This document shows positions 1-10,400 of a stretch of DNA of 32,000 nucleotides, piece after piece (the first letter of the stretch is position 1; every line of letters starts with the position of its first letter). The translations under genes were made by a program, and so were the position numbers. This DNA is from Candidatus Harpocratesius repetitus (GTDB lineage: Archaea; Asgardarchaeota; Lokiarchaeia; Sigyniarchaeales; Promethearchaeaceae): contig JAIZWK010000001.1 in the NCBI GenBank assembly GCA_021498095.1, positions 2,730,001-2,762,000 of the forward strand, given 5' to 3'. The notes beneath the pieces were generated by a model that was given only the letters and a program-made list of their open reading frames with translations, did no database searches and was not told the DNA's origin.

Positions 1-462
1 CCATTTATCTAAATATATTTGGTATTCATCCATTAATCTTTCAATATCAATATCCTTCTTATCTTTGACGTTTTGAAGCGCCATCAATAATATTTTTGTT
101 TGAAGTAGTTGAAATTCTTGATTTTTTAGATCACTAGTTAATAAAAATCGATGAGTCATTTCATTACTTTTTCTTTGATCTTGCGTCGTAATATCAAGCT
201 TATCAAGAAAATAACCGAGTAAAATTGTTCCTATTAAAGCAATAGGCACTAAAACAGCTAAAATTAGCCAAATACTAATTGAATCGTATGCATATTTTGT
301 TGTCATTACAGCAGTAATGGAACTCATTCCTAAAGTTAAATAGGACATACCAAGCTTAAACCGTGAGAGTTGTCTGCCAATGAATGGAGCATTAATTTTT
401 TTCTTTTTTTGATGAGATTTATCAGAATTTTTATTTTTTAATCCTTTAATTTTCAATTTCAT
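1..462 (-). CDS. Hypothetical membrane protein, partial (runs off the window start; not in the ORF track)
   Basis: Manual translation from ATG at 462 gives an open frame of 154 codons to position 1: MKLKIKGLKNKNSDKSHQKKKKINAPFIGRQLSRFKLGMSYLTLGMSSITAVMTTKYAYDSISIWLILAVLVPIALIGTILLGYFLDKL...YLDKW. It has a basic N-terminus and 1-2 hydrophobic segments. Confidence 0.75.
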   Translation of the reverse strand, partial: MKLKIKGLKNKNSDKSHQKKKKINAPFIGRQLSRFKLGMSYLTLGMSSITAVMTTKYAYDSISIWLILAVLVPIALIGTILLGYFLDKLDITTQDQRKSNEMTHRFLLTSDLKNQEFQLLQTKILLMALQNVKDKKDIDIERLMDEYQIYLDKW

Positions 463-509
463 AAGTGTAATCAATAATGCAATAGAATTACAATTTAAAA
501 TTTTTAGCT

Positions 510-1013
510 TTACATTTGATTCTTTAAATTATTTGAAAATGGATTGTGAACAATTATATTTTCTATGAAATAAAATGCTTTATCATTTGTAATAATATTA
601 TTAATATTATGAAGATTCATTGAATGTAAAATCGTTGAATCGCGCCCACCTATGCTTGTTTTTAAGCCATATTTATATAGAAAATTAAGCGTATTTTCTA
701 GATCTCCCTGATTAATTATGTCAAAAGAAATTTTAAAGAAAGGAAATTTCGATTTAAGTAAATTTTTTGCAATATTGAAGCCCTTTTCTCCCACTTTTTT
801 TATTAACAAATGAGATAATTCGATTATGATAAATTCATTAATAAAAAATTCATTATCTGGAATTTTAATCAATTTATCGAAATATATTTTAGTAATTTTA
901 TGATTCTTGGAATTAGCAACTAAATACCACCAAAGAATATTTGTATCAACGAAATAATCTGTAATATCAATCCAACTCCTTAGAATTCCAAATTTCCTTA
1001 GGATTAATTTCAT
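510..1013 (-). CDS. vapC: PIN-domain ribonuclease toxin (VapC family)
   Basis: PIN acidic tetrad is visible: YFVDTN (D), IIIELS (E), GGRDSTI (D), ITNDKAF (D). Overlaps the upstream small gene by 47 bp. Confidence 0.85.
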   Translation of the reverse strand: MKLILRKFGILRSWIDITDYFVDTNILWWYLVANSKNHKITKIYFDKLIKIPDNEFFINEFIIIELSHLLIKKVGEKGFNIAKNLLKSKFPFFKISFDIINQGDLENTLNFLYKYGLKTSIGGRDSTILHSMNLHNINNIITNDKAFYFIENIIVHNPFSNNLKNQM

Positions 1014-1251
1014 CAGGATCTTTTACAGTCAAAATTCCTGAAAAGGAATTAATAAACTCATCTCGAATATTAGAGTTACTGGCTTTTTCTCGATTTTTAA
1101 GAGCATCTAATATAGTTTGATAATTTTCTTTACCAATTTTAAAAATTAATGATAATAATTCTTTTTTTGTTAATTTAATCTTAGTATCGAGATAAATTCG
1201 TGCAATTAATTCATCTAGTTCATTTTGATGATCAAATTTTATTGTTGACAT
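967..1251 (-). CDS. Putative antitoxin (VapB-like) of the PIN toxin
   Basis: 94-aa charged helical protein immediately upstream of and overlapping the PIN gene, the usual type II TA arrangement. No specific family motif recognised. Confidence 0.65.
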   Translation of the reverse strand: MSTIKFDHQNELDELIARIYLDTKIKLTKKELLSLIFKIGKENYQTILDALKNREKASNSNIRDEFINSFSGILTVKDPDEINPKEIWNSKELD

Positions 1252-1396
1252 AGCAACTAGATCACTTAGTAACCAAGTAACTTTACCCTAAAAAAGATAT
1301 ACATTATAAAGCAAATTTATCGTCTTTAAAAAAGTGTAAACTCAAAATTATCAGTTTTGTTTAATTTGATTGAGTACTTTTAATTATTGATTTAAT

Positions 1397-2374
1397 TTGG
1401 TGAAAACATCTATAACAAAAGATAAAGCAGTTCATACTGTTTTTGGAATTGTCCCTTCGCGAAGGTTGGGTCAATCACTTGGTATTAGCCCAATCCCTAA
1501 AAAAACTTGCAATTATTCTTGTATTTACTGTCAACTCGGAAGAACACAGAAATTCACGAAAAACCGTAGTTTATTTTTTCCAATTACCCGTATCATCCAA
1601 GAACTGAAGGAATACTTATCTAGCATTAGTGAAGCACAATATGATATTATTACGATTGTAGGTGACGGAGAACCTACTCTTTATGAAGGATTAGGTGAAC
1701 TTATAAATCAAATTAAAAGTATCCAAAAAAAGCCAGTGGCAGTAATATCTAATGGCTCATTAATGGCAAATAAACAAGTTCGACAAGATTTATCTCTTGC
1801 AGATGTTGTTCTTCTCAATTTTGACAGTTGGGATGAAGAAAGTTTTAAAAAGATTAACCGTCCGTTAAAATTAATTAATTTTAAAAAGCGTTATGAAGGT
1901 TATTTAAAATTTAGAGAAGAATTTTCAGGAATATTATATCTTGAAGTAATGTTGGTCAAAGGAATAAATGATAAGGAAGAACAAGTCTCAAAAATTGCAA
2001 AATTAATTGAAAAAATCCATCCAAATGTAGTATTTGTTAATGTTCCTGTTAGACCGCCGGCAGAATCATGGGTAAAAATACCAGACCAAGAGAATATCGA
2101 TAAAGCGCGTGAAATATTAAATGCGCGCCGCATGGACTATTTACCTGCTGGAGATTTTAGCTCTTTAGAAAAAAATCCTATTGAAGCCATTATAGATATT
2201 ATAGGAAGGCACCCCATGAGAGAAGAAGATATTGAAACATTTTTACATGGAAGAATAATTAATAATCCTGATAGAATTAAAGAATTAAAAGAACAAATAA
2301 TTTCCGAATTAAGAGCGATTTCAAAAGTGAAAGAAATTTCTTACGGTTCAACTCGATTCTTTCGTTTGGTTTGA
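1397..2374 (+). CDS. Radical SAM protein (COG0731-like Fe-S oxidoreductase, function unknown)
   Basis: CxxxCxxC motif CNYSCIYC preceded by FGIVPSRRLGQSLG, plus GDGEPTLY and ISNGSL motifs. Start is TTG 1397 or GTG 1400. Confidence 0.85.
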   Translation: MVKTSITKDKAVHTVFGIVPSRRLGQSLGISPIPKKTCNYSCIYCQLGRTQKFTKNRSLFFPITRIIQELKEYLSSISEAQYDIITIVGDGEPTLYEGLGELINQIKSIQKKPVAVISNGSLMANKQVRQDLSLADVVLLNFDSWDEESFKKINRPLKLINFKKRYEGYLKFREEFSGILYLEVMLVKGINDKEEQVSKIAKLIEKIHPNVVFVNVPVRPPAESWVKIPDQENIDKAREILNARRMDYLPAGDFSSLEKNPIEAIIDIIGRHPMREEDIETFLHGRIINNPDRIKELKEQIISELRAISKVKEISYGSTRFFRLV

Positions 2375-2475
2375 ACGCTTGAAATCTTCTATAAACTTAA
2401 TTGAATTATTAAAAAAAATGAACTTAATAGATTCTAACAAAAAAAATTTTTAAAACAGAATTATTTTTTCAATTC

Positions 2476-3036
2476 ATGGTTGAATTTCCCATTCTATTCA
2501 CAGAGCGTTTAAAATTACGAAAACCCCAAAAAGATGATGAACAAATTCAAAAAGAAATTTTGCAAGATAAAGAAATCATGCGTTACATTGGTATGGAACC
2601 TTTTAAAACTATAGATGATGTAAGAAATGAAATGAAATGGTTTATAGATTTAGTAGAAAAAGGAGAGGGAATAAGATGGATAATTGCACTTAAAGAAACA
2701 AACGAATGTATAGGGGATATTGGATTCCATCGCTTGGATAAAAGGCATTTTAAATGTGAAATTGGCTATAAACTAAAACGATCATTTTGGGGTAAAGGTT
2801 ATATGACAGAAGCAGGAAAATCTGCTTTGAATTATGCATTTGATAAATTAAATGTCAATAGAATTGAAGGGTTGGTCGATCCTAGAAATTTACCTTCAAT
2901 TCGATTACTTGAGCGATTGGGGTTCAAAAAGGAAGGAATATTGAGAGATTATGAATTTGAGCGCGGTGAATTTGTCAATCTTCAAATCAGTTCAATTTTA
3001 AAAAGAGAATGGGAAAAAATGAAAAATGATAATTAA
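2476..3036 (+). CDS. GNAT N-acetyltransferase, RimJ/RimL family
   Basis: LFTERLKLRK, EIGYKL..FWGKGYMTEA, N.PSIRLLERLGFKKEG.LR motifs. Confidence 0.9.
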   Translation: MVEFPILFTERLKLRKPQKDDEQIQKEILQDKEIMRYIGMEPFKTIDDVRNEMKWFIDLVEKGEGIRWIIALKETNECIGDIGFHRLDKRHFKCEIGYKLKRSFWGKGYMTEAGKSALNYAFDKLNVNRIEGLVDPRNLPSIRLLERLGFKKEGILRDYEFERGEFVNLQISSILKREWEKMKNDN

Positions 3037-3072
3037 TATAAAAAAAGAACTTAAAAAAAATAGAAAAAAGGC

Positions 3073-6000
3073 TTAGTTATGTTTATTCTGCTTGTATAAT
3101 GTAATTATGGCAATTCCAAACATAGCTATGAATATTTCTATTGGAAATCCAGGAATATTACCAAAAGGATTTTCAGCTATACTGGAATTTTGAATAATCA
3201 CCAACATTTTAACAGTTGTTGTTCCTTGAATAACTGCATTATCCGCAATTGTTATTTCCACTAAATATATACCAGAATTTGATTGGGAAATATCCCATGT
3301 ATTAGTATATGTGGTCCAATTATCTATAGTATTTCCCCTTGTCATATCCATAGGATATCCTGTCAAAATTCGCACTTCAGATAAATCAACATCTCCTGGA
3401 GTATTAACATCTGTAGGATTTACTCCAGTCACTTCATAGATTTGAATTTGAACTGAAGCAATTCCATCTTCATCAAGAACATCAATAGAGAAGTCGATAG
3501 GTTTTGTAAATATATCATCTGCACTTGTAAAGTTTCCAGGAACTACATTTTTGTACAATGGAGGGGTGGTATATTCTACATAGAATATTCGTGAAACCTG
3601 AATTGTGTGTGGGGCAGGATCTGTATCACTAACAGTTATTGTAATAGCATGAGTTCCTGAAGAAAGAGTTGCTAAATTATAAGATAAAACCCAACTATTT
3701 GTTCCAGAATTATAAATCATTGGAATAGTGCTTCCACCATCAATTTGTGCCACTACAGAATCGATGCCATAATCATCAGTAATCGTCACTTCAAAAGTAT
3801 ATGAAACCGCTTCAAGGTGTTCACCTACTTCAGATGGAGTTTTCCAAGTAACTACTGGAGGATCACTAATAGGAACAGTAACTGAATCATTTACAATAAA
3901 TGTAAGTGTTTCTGTAACAATATTCTGATATGCATCTGTATCGCGCACCTCAACCGTAAATGTGTGAGTCCCGTTGATTAACAGAGTAACATTTCGCGTT
4001 AATTCATATAATCCGGTTCCTGAATTGAATTCCATTGATTCAAATGGTTCTGTATCAAATTGAGCGCGAACCATGAGTATACCTTCATCATCTGTTACAT
4101 TAACTGCAAAGGTAATTTCCCCACTTAAAATTAAATCATTTTCAGATGGTGTGATGAATTCTATTTTAGGTAGTTTATCTACAAAGAAATCTATAGATAC
4201 TTCTCGAATGTGTTGGTTTTCATCTACATCAATAACACGAACGGTAAATGTATGCGTTCCATGAGTTAATGAAGAAATATCATAAGTATATTCCCACAAA
4301 CCGGTTATATTATTAAATAATAAATCTTCATTTACACGATCATCAATTCTTCCTTGTACTGAAGAAATACCCCAATCATCAGTAATATTTACTTCAAATG
4401 TATAATAACCTTGTAGTGTTTCATCAGAAATAGCTGGAGAAACTATATCTACAAATGGTTCATTTCCAAGATGGAGATTATCAACTGTTAAGTTATAATA
4501 CGCAATTGTTTTGTGACCTTCCATATCCCATACTGTCAAGCTGAAAAGATGCCAACTATTCTCGGGTTCAGCCCATGTATCCCATGTGAATTCATAAATA
4601 CCTTCAGAAACATAATTATCAGCATCTAAAACATATCCAGTTCCATCTTTTGTATATACCGCTGCGAAAACACCAATATCATCTGTTAAATTAACTTTAA
4701 AAGTAACAGTATCATTAACAGCACTTCCATTAATGGGTGTTGGATCTAAAAATTCGATAGTTGCAGGTGTTACATATGATTCATTGTAATTATCAACTTC
4801 TATACCCCATCCACAACCTCCAACATTATCTGCTGCATCAGTAATAAGTGCATTCATATAATACCATCCATCAGCCAATTCGGTTGTGTTTAAATCATGA
4901 TACCAGTAATAATCGGTCGAATTATAGAACATCTGATAATTCCAGTGAAAATCTTCATGTGGGATTGCTAAATCACCCCACCAGATGTCATATGTTACAT
5001 TAACAATTTCTGAAGTTGGAAATCGTTGATAAAATTGTGGGTCTCCATTAATATCTGTGCCGTTATATACATCATTTCCCCACCAATTTAACCAAGAATT
5101 ATCCCAAGTTTCAACTGTTATTCGTTCTACATTTGAATATGTATCTTTATTCCAAAATTCTGATTGATAGTCAAAAATTGGTTCTTGTGAAGTTGTGTTG
5201 AACCATCCAAATCTTCCACCAGGAGCAATTAAATCATCTGAATCTGGATGGAAATTATAATTGAAATCCAACGAAAAATCTGAAACACTATAATTGGTTC
5301 CATCTTTTTCATAAAATGCATCATTAGTAAATATCTCTAAATGTATATTTAAATTTTCAACATTATTCTCATCCCAATTCCACCAATACCAAGTATTAAA
5401 ACCGTATCCATTATTATATTCTGGATATGTTAAGTTAAAACCATCCCATTCATTAGATATAGGTAAATTGGCTTGGGCTTCTGCTTTATAAAAACCAGTG
5501 CTTACATTTAGTCTATTCCATCCAAAATGATATGCAAAATCAAATGAATGTGGATTTAAATCATATTCGGAATAGGTTTTTACAGGATTTTTAGTCATGA
5601 TATCAATTGAATTCCAATAACATTCAAGATTTGAAATCCAAAATCCACCCATTCGAGGATCAAATTCTATAGATTCACGATAGAAATCAAGGCTATCTAA
5701 TGCAGAATTTTGTAGCATTTCACTCTGATTGTAAATCCATGAATTTGATAAATAATCAGTCCAATTAAATGAAGTGTCTGAAGTATTTAGGAGAATTTCC
5801 CAATGATCTGATTCGAAATTTTCTTTAAATCTCCATTGTTCCCACTCTGACCAGTTATTTGAATATACTAAATTCCAATTATAAGTTATACTAAGATTTG
5901 AGATGAATGAATTGACTTCTATTTGATGATTTCCAGGTTGGATAAAATTAAGATCAATCTTTACAACAGAATCATTTCGGTTATGCCAGGGGTCTGCTTT

Positions 6001-7191
6001 TCGAATATTTAAATCGAGTTTAAATAATTCTGGCATGGTAGCAATATACGGTTGGAGATCGATAAAATATGCCATTTCATGCTGAACTTGAATAACAGAT
6101 AAATCATATCCATATGGATTAACTTCCACAAATGCACGTTCTATTGGTAGAGTTTCATAAGGATGAAATGTTGTATCAAAATCAACCCAACAGTCTGGAT
6201 ATGTATCCCCTTCATTTATCTGCAAAAATACCGAATATTGATTATGCAAATTCCATGGTTCTTCAATATTTGGATGATATTCTGACCAACAACCTGTAGA
6301 ATAGGTTAGATTCCAAAGTTCAGGTAGTTGCCATTGAATTTGAAGTGGATCACCAGATTGTTGATAAGGAGAACGCTGTAGTATTGTAAATGGGATGAAA
6401 TCCCTTATTTCATAGTGAAATCCACCAATTAATTTTTCAACTTCATGATCCCAGCTGGCTCCAAATGATTGATAAATTCTGTCTCCTCCATTCCACATCC
6501 ACATTCGTAGTGCAGATGCATTTGAAATATCAATAGTTTCGGCGATACCACCGTAAGATTTTGGAATTAGACTATTATAATCTTCCATTATAAGTGGCCA
6601 TTGAACACTTGTTGAAAAAGAAACCGATGTGAGAGTGTGCCAAGTTCCATCCCATTCTTCATCCCAAGACCAAACTCCGTCTTCAAAATAGTCAGTATAA
6701 ACAAAAAAGTTAACAAAGTCCATCATCCAATTTGCCCATCCCCTTGCTTGTTCATGATCTGCTGTTTCAAAAGTCAATTCTATTCGGGAGTTATGATCCC
6801 AAGGATCCATTGGTTCAGATAACCACCAACTTCCCCAACGAAAAGCGTTAAATTCTTCGGGAAAATTGTTTTTAATCATTTCAAGGGTTTCTCCACCCAA
6901 TTGTATATTCGGTCCTCCAAAGGAATATTCTGAATATATATTTCCTTCAGGGTTTATATCTACAAATAATTCTTCCCGATAGCCTGATTCATAAGCAATT
7001 TTCGGGGCGATAAAATCTGCTAAAATCTTATTTCTATCAATATTTGAAATGTTCTGAAGTGTTTGACTTTGTTCTTGATTGATAATTGTATCTTTAGTTG
7101 CTGAAAACGAAAAATTGAAAGATCCAAATGAAAATACAAGTATTGTCAGTAGAATTCCAATATTGATAAGATGTAATCTTTTTTGCTTCAT
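3073..7191 (-). CDS. Large cell-surface glycoprotein: Trp-rich N-terminal region, about 6 Ig-like domains, C-terminal IPGF sorting/anchor signal (Loki-CTERM/PGF-CTERM-like)
   Basis: Signal peptide MKQKRLHLINIGILLTILVFSFGSFNFSFSA; repeated TF.VN.TDD.GI..V...D and G.HT.TV.V.D Ig units; many NxS/T sequons; ends NIPGFPIEIFIAMFGIAIITLYKQNKHN. Confidence 0.8.
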   Translation of the reverse strand: MKQKRLHLINIGILLTILVFSFGSFNFSFSATKDTIINQEQSQTLQNISNIDRNKILADFIAPKIAYESGYREELFVDINPEGNIYSEYSFGGPNIQLGGETLEMIKNNFPEEFNAFRWGSWWLSEPMDPWDHNSRIELTFETADHEQARGWANWMMDFVNFFVYTDYFEDGVWSWDEEWDGTWHTLTSVSFSTSVQWPLIMEDYNSLIPKSYGGIAETIDISNASALRMWMWNGGDRIYQSFGASWDHEVEKLIGGFHYEIRDFIPFTILQRSPYQQSGDPLQIQWQLPELWNLTYSTGCWSEYHPNIEEPWNLHNQYSVFLQINEGDTYPDCWVDFDTTFHPYETLPIERAFVEVNPYGYDLSVIQVQHEMAYFIDLQPYIATMPELFKLDLNIRKADPWHNRNDSVVKIDLNFIQPGNHQIEVNSFISNLSITYNWNLVYSNNWSEWEQWRFKENFESDHWEILLNTSDTSFNWTDYLSNSWIYNQSEMLQNSALDSLDFYRESIEFDPRMGGFWISNLECYWNSIDIMTKNPVKTYSEYDLNPHSFDFAYHFGWNRLNVSTGFYKAEAQANLPISNEWDGFNLTYPEYNNGYGFNTWYWWNWDENNVENLNIHLEIFTNDAFYEKDGTNYSVSDFSLDFNYNFHPDSDDLIAPGGRFGWFNTTSQEPIFDYQSEFWNKDTYSNVERITVETWDNSWLNWWGNDVYNGTDINGDPQFYQRFPTSEIVNVTYDIWWGDLAIPHEDFHWNYQMFYNSTDYYWYHDLNTTELADGWYYMNALITDAADNVGGCGWGIEVDNYNESYVTPATIEFLDPTPINGSAVNDTVTFKVNLTDDIGVFAAVYTKDGTGYVLDADNYVSEGIYEFTWDTWAEPENSWHLFSLTVWDMEGHKTIAYYNLTVDNLHLGNEPFVDIVSPAISDETLQGYYTFEVNITDDWGISSVQGRIDDRVNEDLLFNNITGLWEYTYDISSLTHGTHTFTVRVIDVDENQHIREVSIDFFVDKLPKIEFITPSENDLILSGEITFAVNVTDDEGILMVRAQFDTEPFESMEFNSGTGLYELTRNVTLLINGTHTFTVEVRDTDAYQNIVTETLTFIVNDSVTVPISDPPVVTWKTPSEVGEHLEAVSYTFEVTITDDYGIDSVVAQIDGGSTIPMIYNSGTNSWVLSYNLATLSSGTHAITITVSDTDPAPHTIQVSRIFYVEYTTPPLYKNVVPGNFTSADDIFTKPIDFSIDVLDEDGIASVQIQIYEVTGVNPTDVNTPGDVDLSEVRILTGYPMDMTRGNTIDNWTTYTNTWDISQSNSGIYLVEITIADNAVIQGTTTVKMLVIIQNSSIAENPFGNIPGFPIEIFIAMFGIAIITLYKQNKHN

Positions 7192-7444
7192 TAGTTTAAT
7201 CCCTCATGTTGCATTTGATACTCTTATTTTTGTTTTATCCAATCTTTTTCAATATTTTTTAAATAAACAATTTTGATTCTCTGAAAAGTAAAAATTTATA
7301 AAAATTGCATGCTGTAGATTGGAATCGAAACGCGAGAAATGAGTATCGCGTGTAATAATTGAATGGAAATGTGATTATTTATATTTTTGTATGTAGAAAA
7401 AAAATAAAAAAAAATTATAGTCTTAACATGCTATCTTGAAATTA

Positions 7445-10400
7445 TTATCTATTTGTGCGCTTCTTTTGAAATATAATAATTCCAATCAATGAAAAAAGAC
7501 CAAAAATTCCTAAGGTTAGCCCAGAATATCCAGGAATTCCACCACCTGCCTGATTCACGATTGTGAATGTATAATCAGATGTATCTTTACTTAATATGGT
7601 CGAATCACCTAGTAAATGCACTTCTACTTTAATAAGACTGTTTGTAAAGGTTCCTTCAATATCATTTGTGCTCCAATAATAGTATGTATCAGATGTGTCA
7701 TTTACTATCGAAATCCAAGTGATACCATTATCGAGTGAATAATACAAATTATAACGGAGATCAAGAGACTCAGGATTTACTATTTCCCATGTAACATTGT
7801 ATAAGTCACTTACAATTTCACCACCGTTAGGACTAATTACTGTAACTTGAATAACACTATCTTCAAGAATTGTAAATGTTATTTCACTAAATCCTGTATT
7901 ATCACCTAAATCTACAGCAACAACACGAAAAGTGTGTTCTCCATCTGATAATCCTTCAAATGAGCCAGTATCTTCAACTAAATTCGAATCTAAATAAATG
8001 AATACCTCAAAATCATTCAAATCAGAAACCGAATAGGAATAACTGACTGTGCTTTCATGAGCAAATTCAGCACCATTTTCTGGTGTTAAAATCGAAACTT
8101 TTGGTGCAATTGTATCAATCACAGTAAATTGGATTGAATCTCTTCCTTCATTTCCAGAAGCATCACTTACAATTACTGTCAATTGATAAATTCCAAGAGA
8201 CAATCCAGAAATAATTCCTTCATCTGGAATTTCAACATCATTCAACATGACAATTATCGAAACTTCTTGAATATCATTAAATTCATAGGTATAATTAAAA
8301 TTCGTTCCGTATTCGATAGTTGTATTATTTTCAGGTGTGAGGATAAAAACTGAAGGAGCAATTGTATCTTGAACAATAAAGGTAACACTATCTGAACCGG
8401 TATTACCAAATTCATCAACAGCTTCAATTGTTAAGGTGTATTCACCTAATTCAAGATTAATTAACAAACCAGTATCTTCTATTTCTTGTTCATTTAAGAA
8501 TATATGAATGGAAATCTCTTGTTCTGAAGAAATTTCATATGTATAAGTGATATTCAAACCAAATTCAAATGTTGAATCTTCTTCGGGTGAATTAATCTCT
8601 ACAACTGGAGCAGTTGTATCAACTACAAAGAATGTAATCATATTTGTTCCTAAATTACCTGAATTATCAGTACCTCTAATTTCAAGATTGTATTCTCCAA
8701 CATTCAATCCTTCAAATGTTCCAACATCTTCAATTAACTCTCCGTTAAGTAAGATTTCGATTACAACATCATCCAAATCAGAGAATTCATAAGAATATGA
8801 AATTGTTTCCCCAAATTCAAAGACAGATCCATTAATTGGAGTGAGAATGTTGATGATAGGTGCAATAGAATCAACAACAGAGAAAGTAATTTCATCATAT
8901 CCAGAATTTCCTTGATCATCAGTAGCAACAACCCGCAATGTATAGTTTCCTATTAATAAATCATTCAATATTCCTGTATCAAGAATTTCATCACCATTTA
9001 ACAATATATTGACAGTATAATCACTTAAATCACTAACTTCATAGGAATATTCGACATTTTCGCCAAATTCACCAACAAATCCAAACTCTGGAGATAATAG
9101 TAACACTTCTGGGGCCGTTGTATCAGATATACTGAATGAAACTGAATCCGAACCAGTATTTCCAGAGCCGTCAACAGCACTTACTGTTAAAGTATAAGAA
9201 CCTATTGCTAAACTGCTCAACACACCAGTATCTGTTATTTCGACACCGTTTAGAAGAACAGTGATACTCACTGAATCTAAATCAGAAACGGAATATGAAT
9301 AACTCACATCTGTACCGAATTCAAATACAGCACCATCAGATGGTGATGTAATTTCAACAAGAGGAGCCGCTGTATCAGATACACTGAACGAAATTGAATC
9401 TAATCCAGTACTTCCAGAGCCGTCAACAGCATTTACTGTCAAAGTATAAGAACCTATTGCTAAACTGCTTAACACACCAGTATCTATTATTTCAACACCG
9501 TTTAGGAGAACAGTGATACTCACTGAATCTAAATCAGAAACGGAATACGAATAACTCACATCAGCACCGAATTCAAATACAGCACCATCAGATGGTAATG
9601 TAATTTCAACAACCGGAGCCGTTGTATCAGATACACTGAATGAAACTGAATCCGAACCAGTATTTCCAGAGCCGTCAACAGCATTTACTGTTAAAGTATA
9701 AGAACCTATTGCTAAACTGCTTAACACACCAGTATCTATTATTTCAACACCGTTTAGGAGAACAGTGATACTCACTGAATCTAAATCAGAAACGGAATAT
9801 GAATAACTCACATCTGTACCGAATTCAAATACAGCACCATCAGATGGTAATGTAATTTCAACAACAGGAGCCGTTGTATCGGATACACTGAATGAAACTG
9901 AATCCGAACCAGTATTTCCAGAGCCGTCAACAGCATTTACTGTTAAAGTATAAGAACCTATTGCTAAACTGCTTAACACACCAGTATCTATTATTTCAAC
10001 ACCGTTTAGGAGAACAGTGATACTCACTGAATCTAAATCAGAAACGGAATATGAATAACTCACATCTGTACCGAATTCAAATACAGCACCATCAGATGGT
10101 AATGTAATTTCAACAACCGGAGCCGTTGTATCAGATACACTGAATGAAACTGAATCCGAACCAGTATTTCCAGAGCCGTCAACAGCATTTACTGTTAAAG
10201 TATAAGAACCTATTGCTAAACTGCTCAACACACCAGTATCTGTTATTTCGACACCGTTTAGAAGAACAGTGATACTCACTGAATCTAAATCAGAAACGGA
10301 ATATGAATAACTCACATCAGCACCGAATTCAAATACAGCACCATCAGATGGTAATGTAATTTCAACAACAGGAGCCGTTGTATCGGATACACTGAATGAA

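Noticed and set aside
1397-2374. Assignment of the radical SAM protein as wyosine synthase Tyw1/Taw1
   Set aside because: Only the generic CxxxCxxC is present; the additional N-terminal Cys-rich auxiliary-cluster motif of Tyw1 is not seen.
7311-7351. GTAGATTGGAATCGAAAC resembles a CRISPR repeat end or a tRNA T-arm; adjacent ACGCGA-N10-TCGCGT inverted repeat
   Set aside because: Single copy, no cas genes, and no cloverleaf or acceptor stem can be formed. The 6-bp inverted repeat could be an operator but is too short to support a call.
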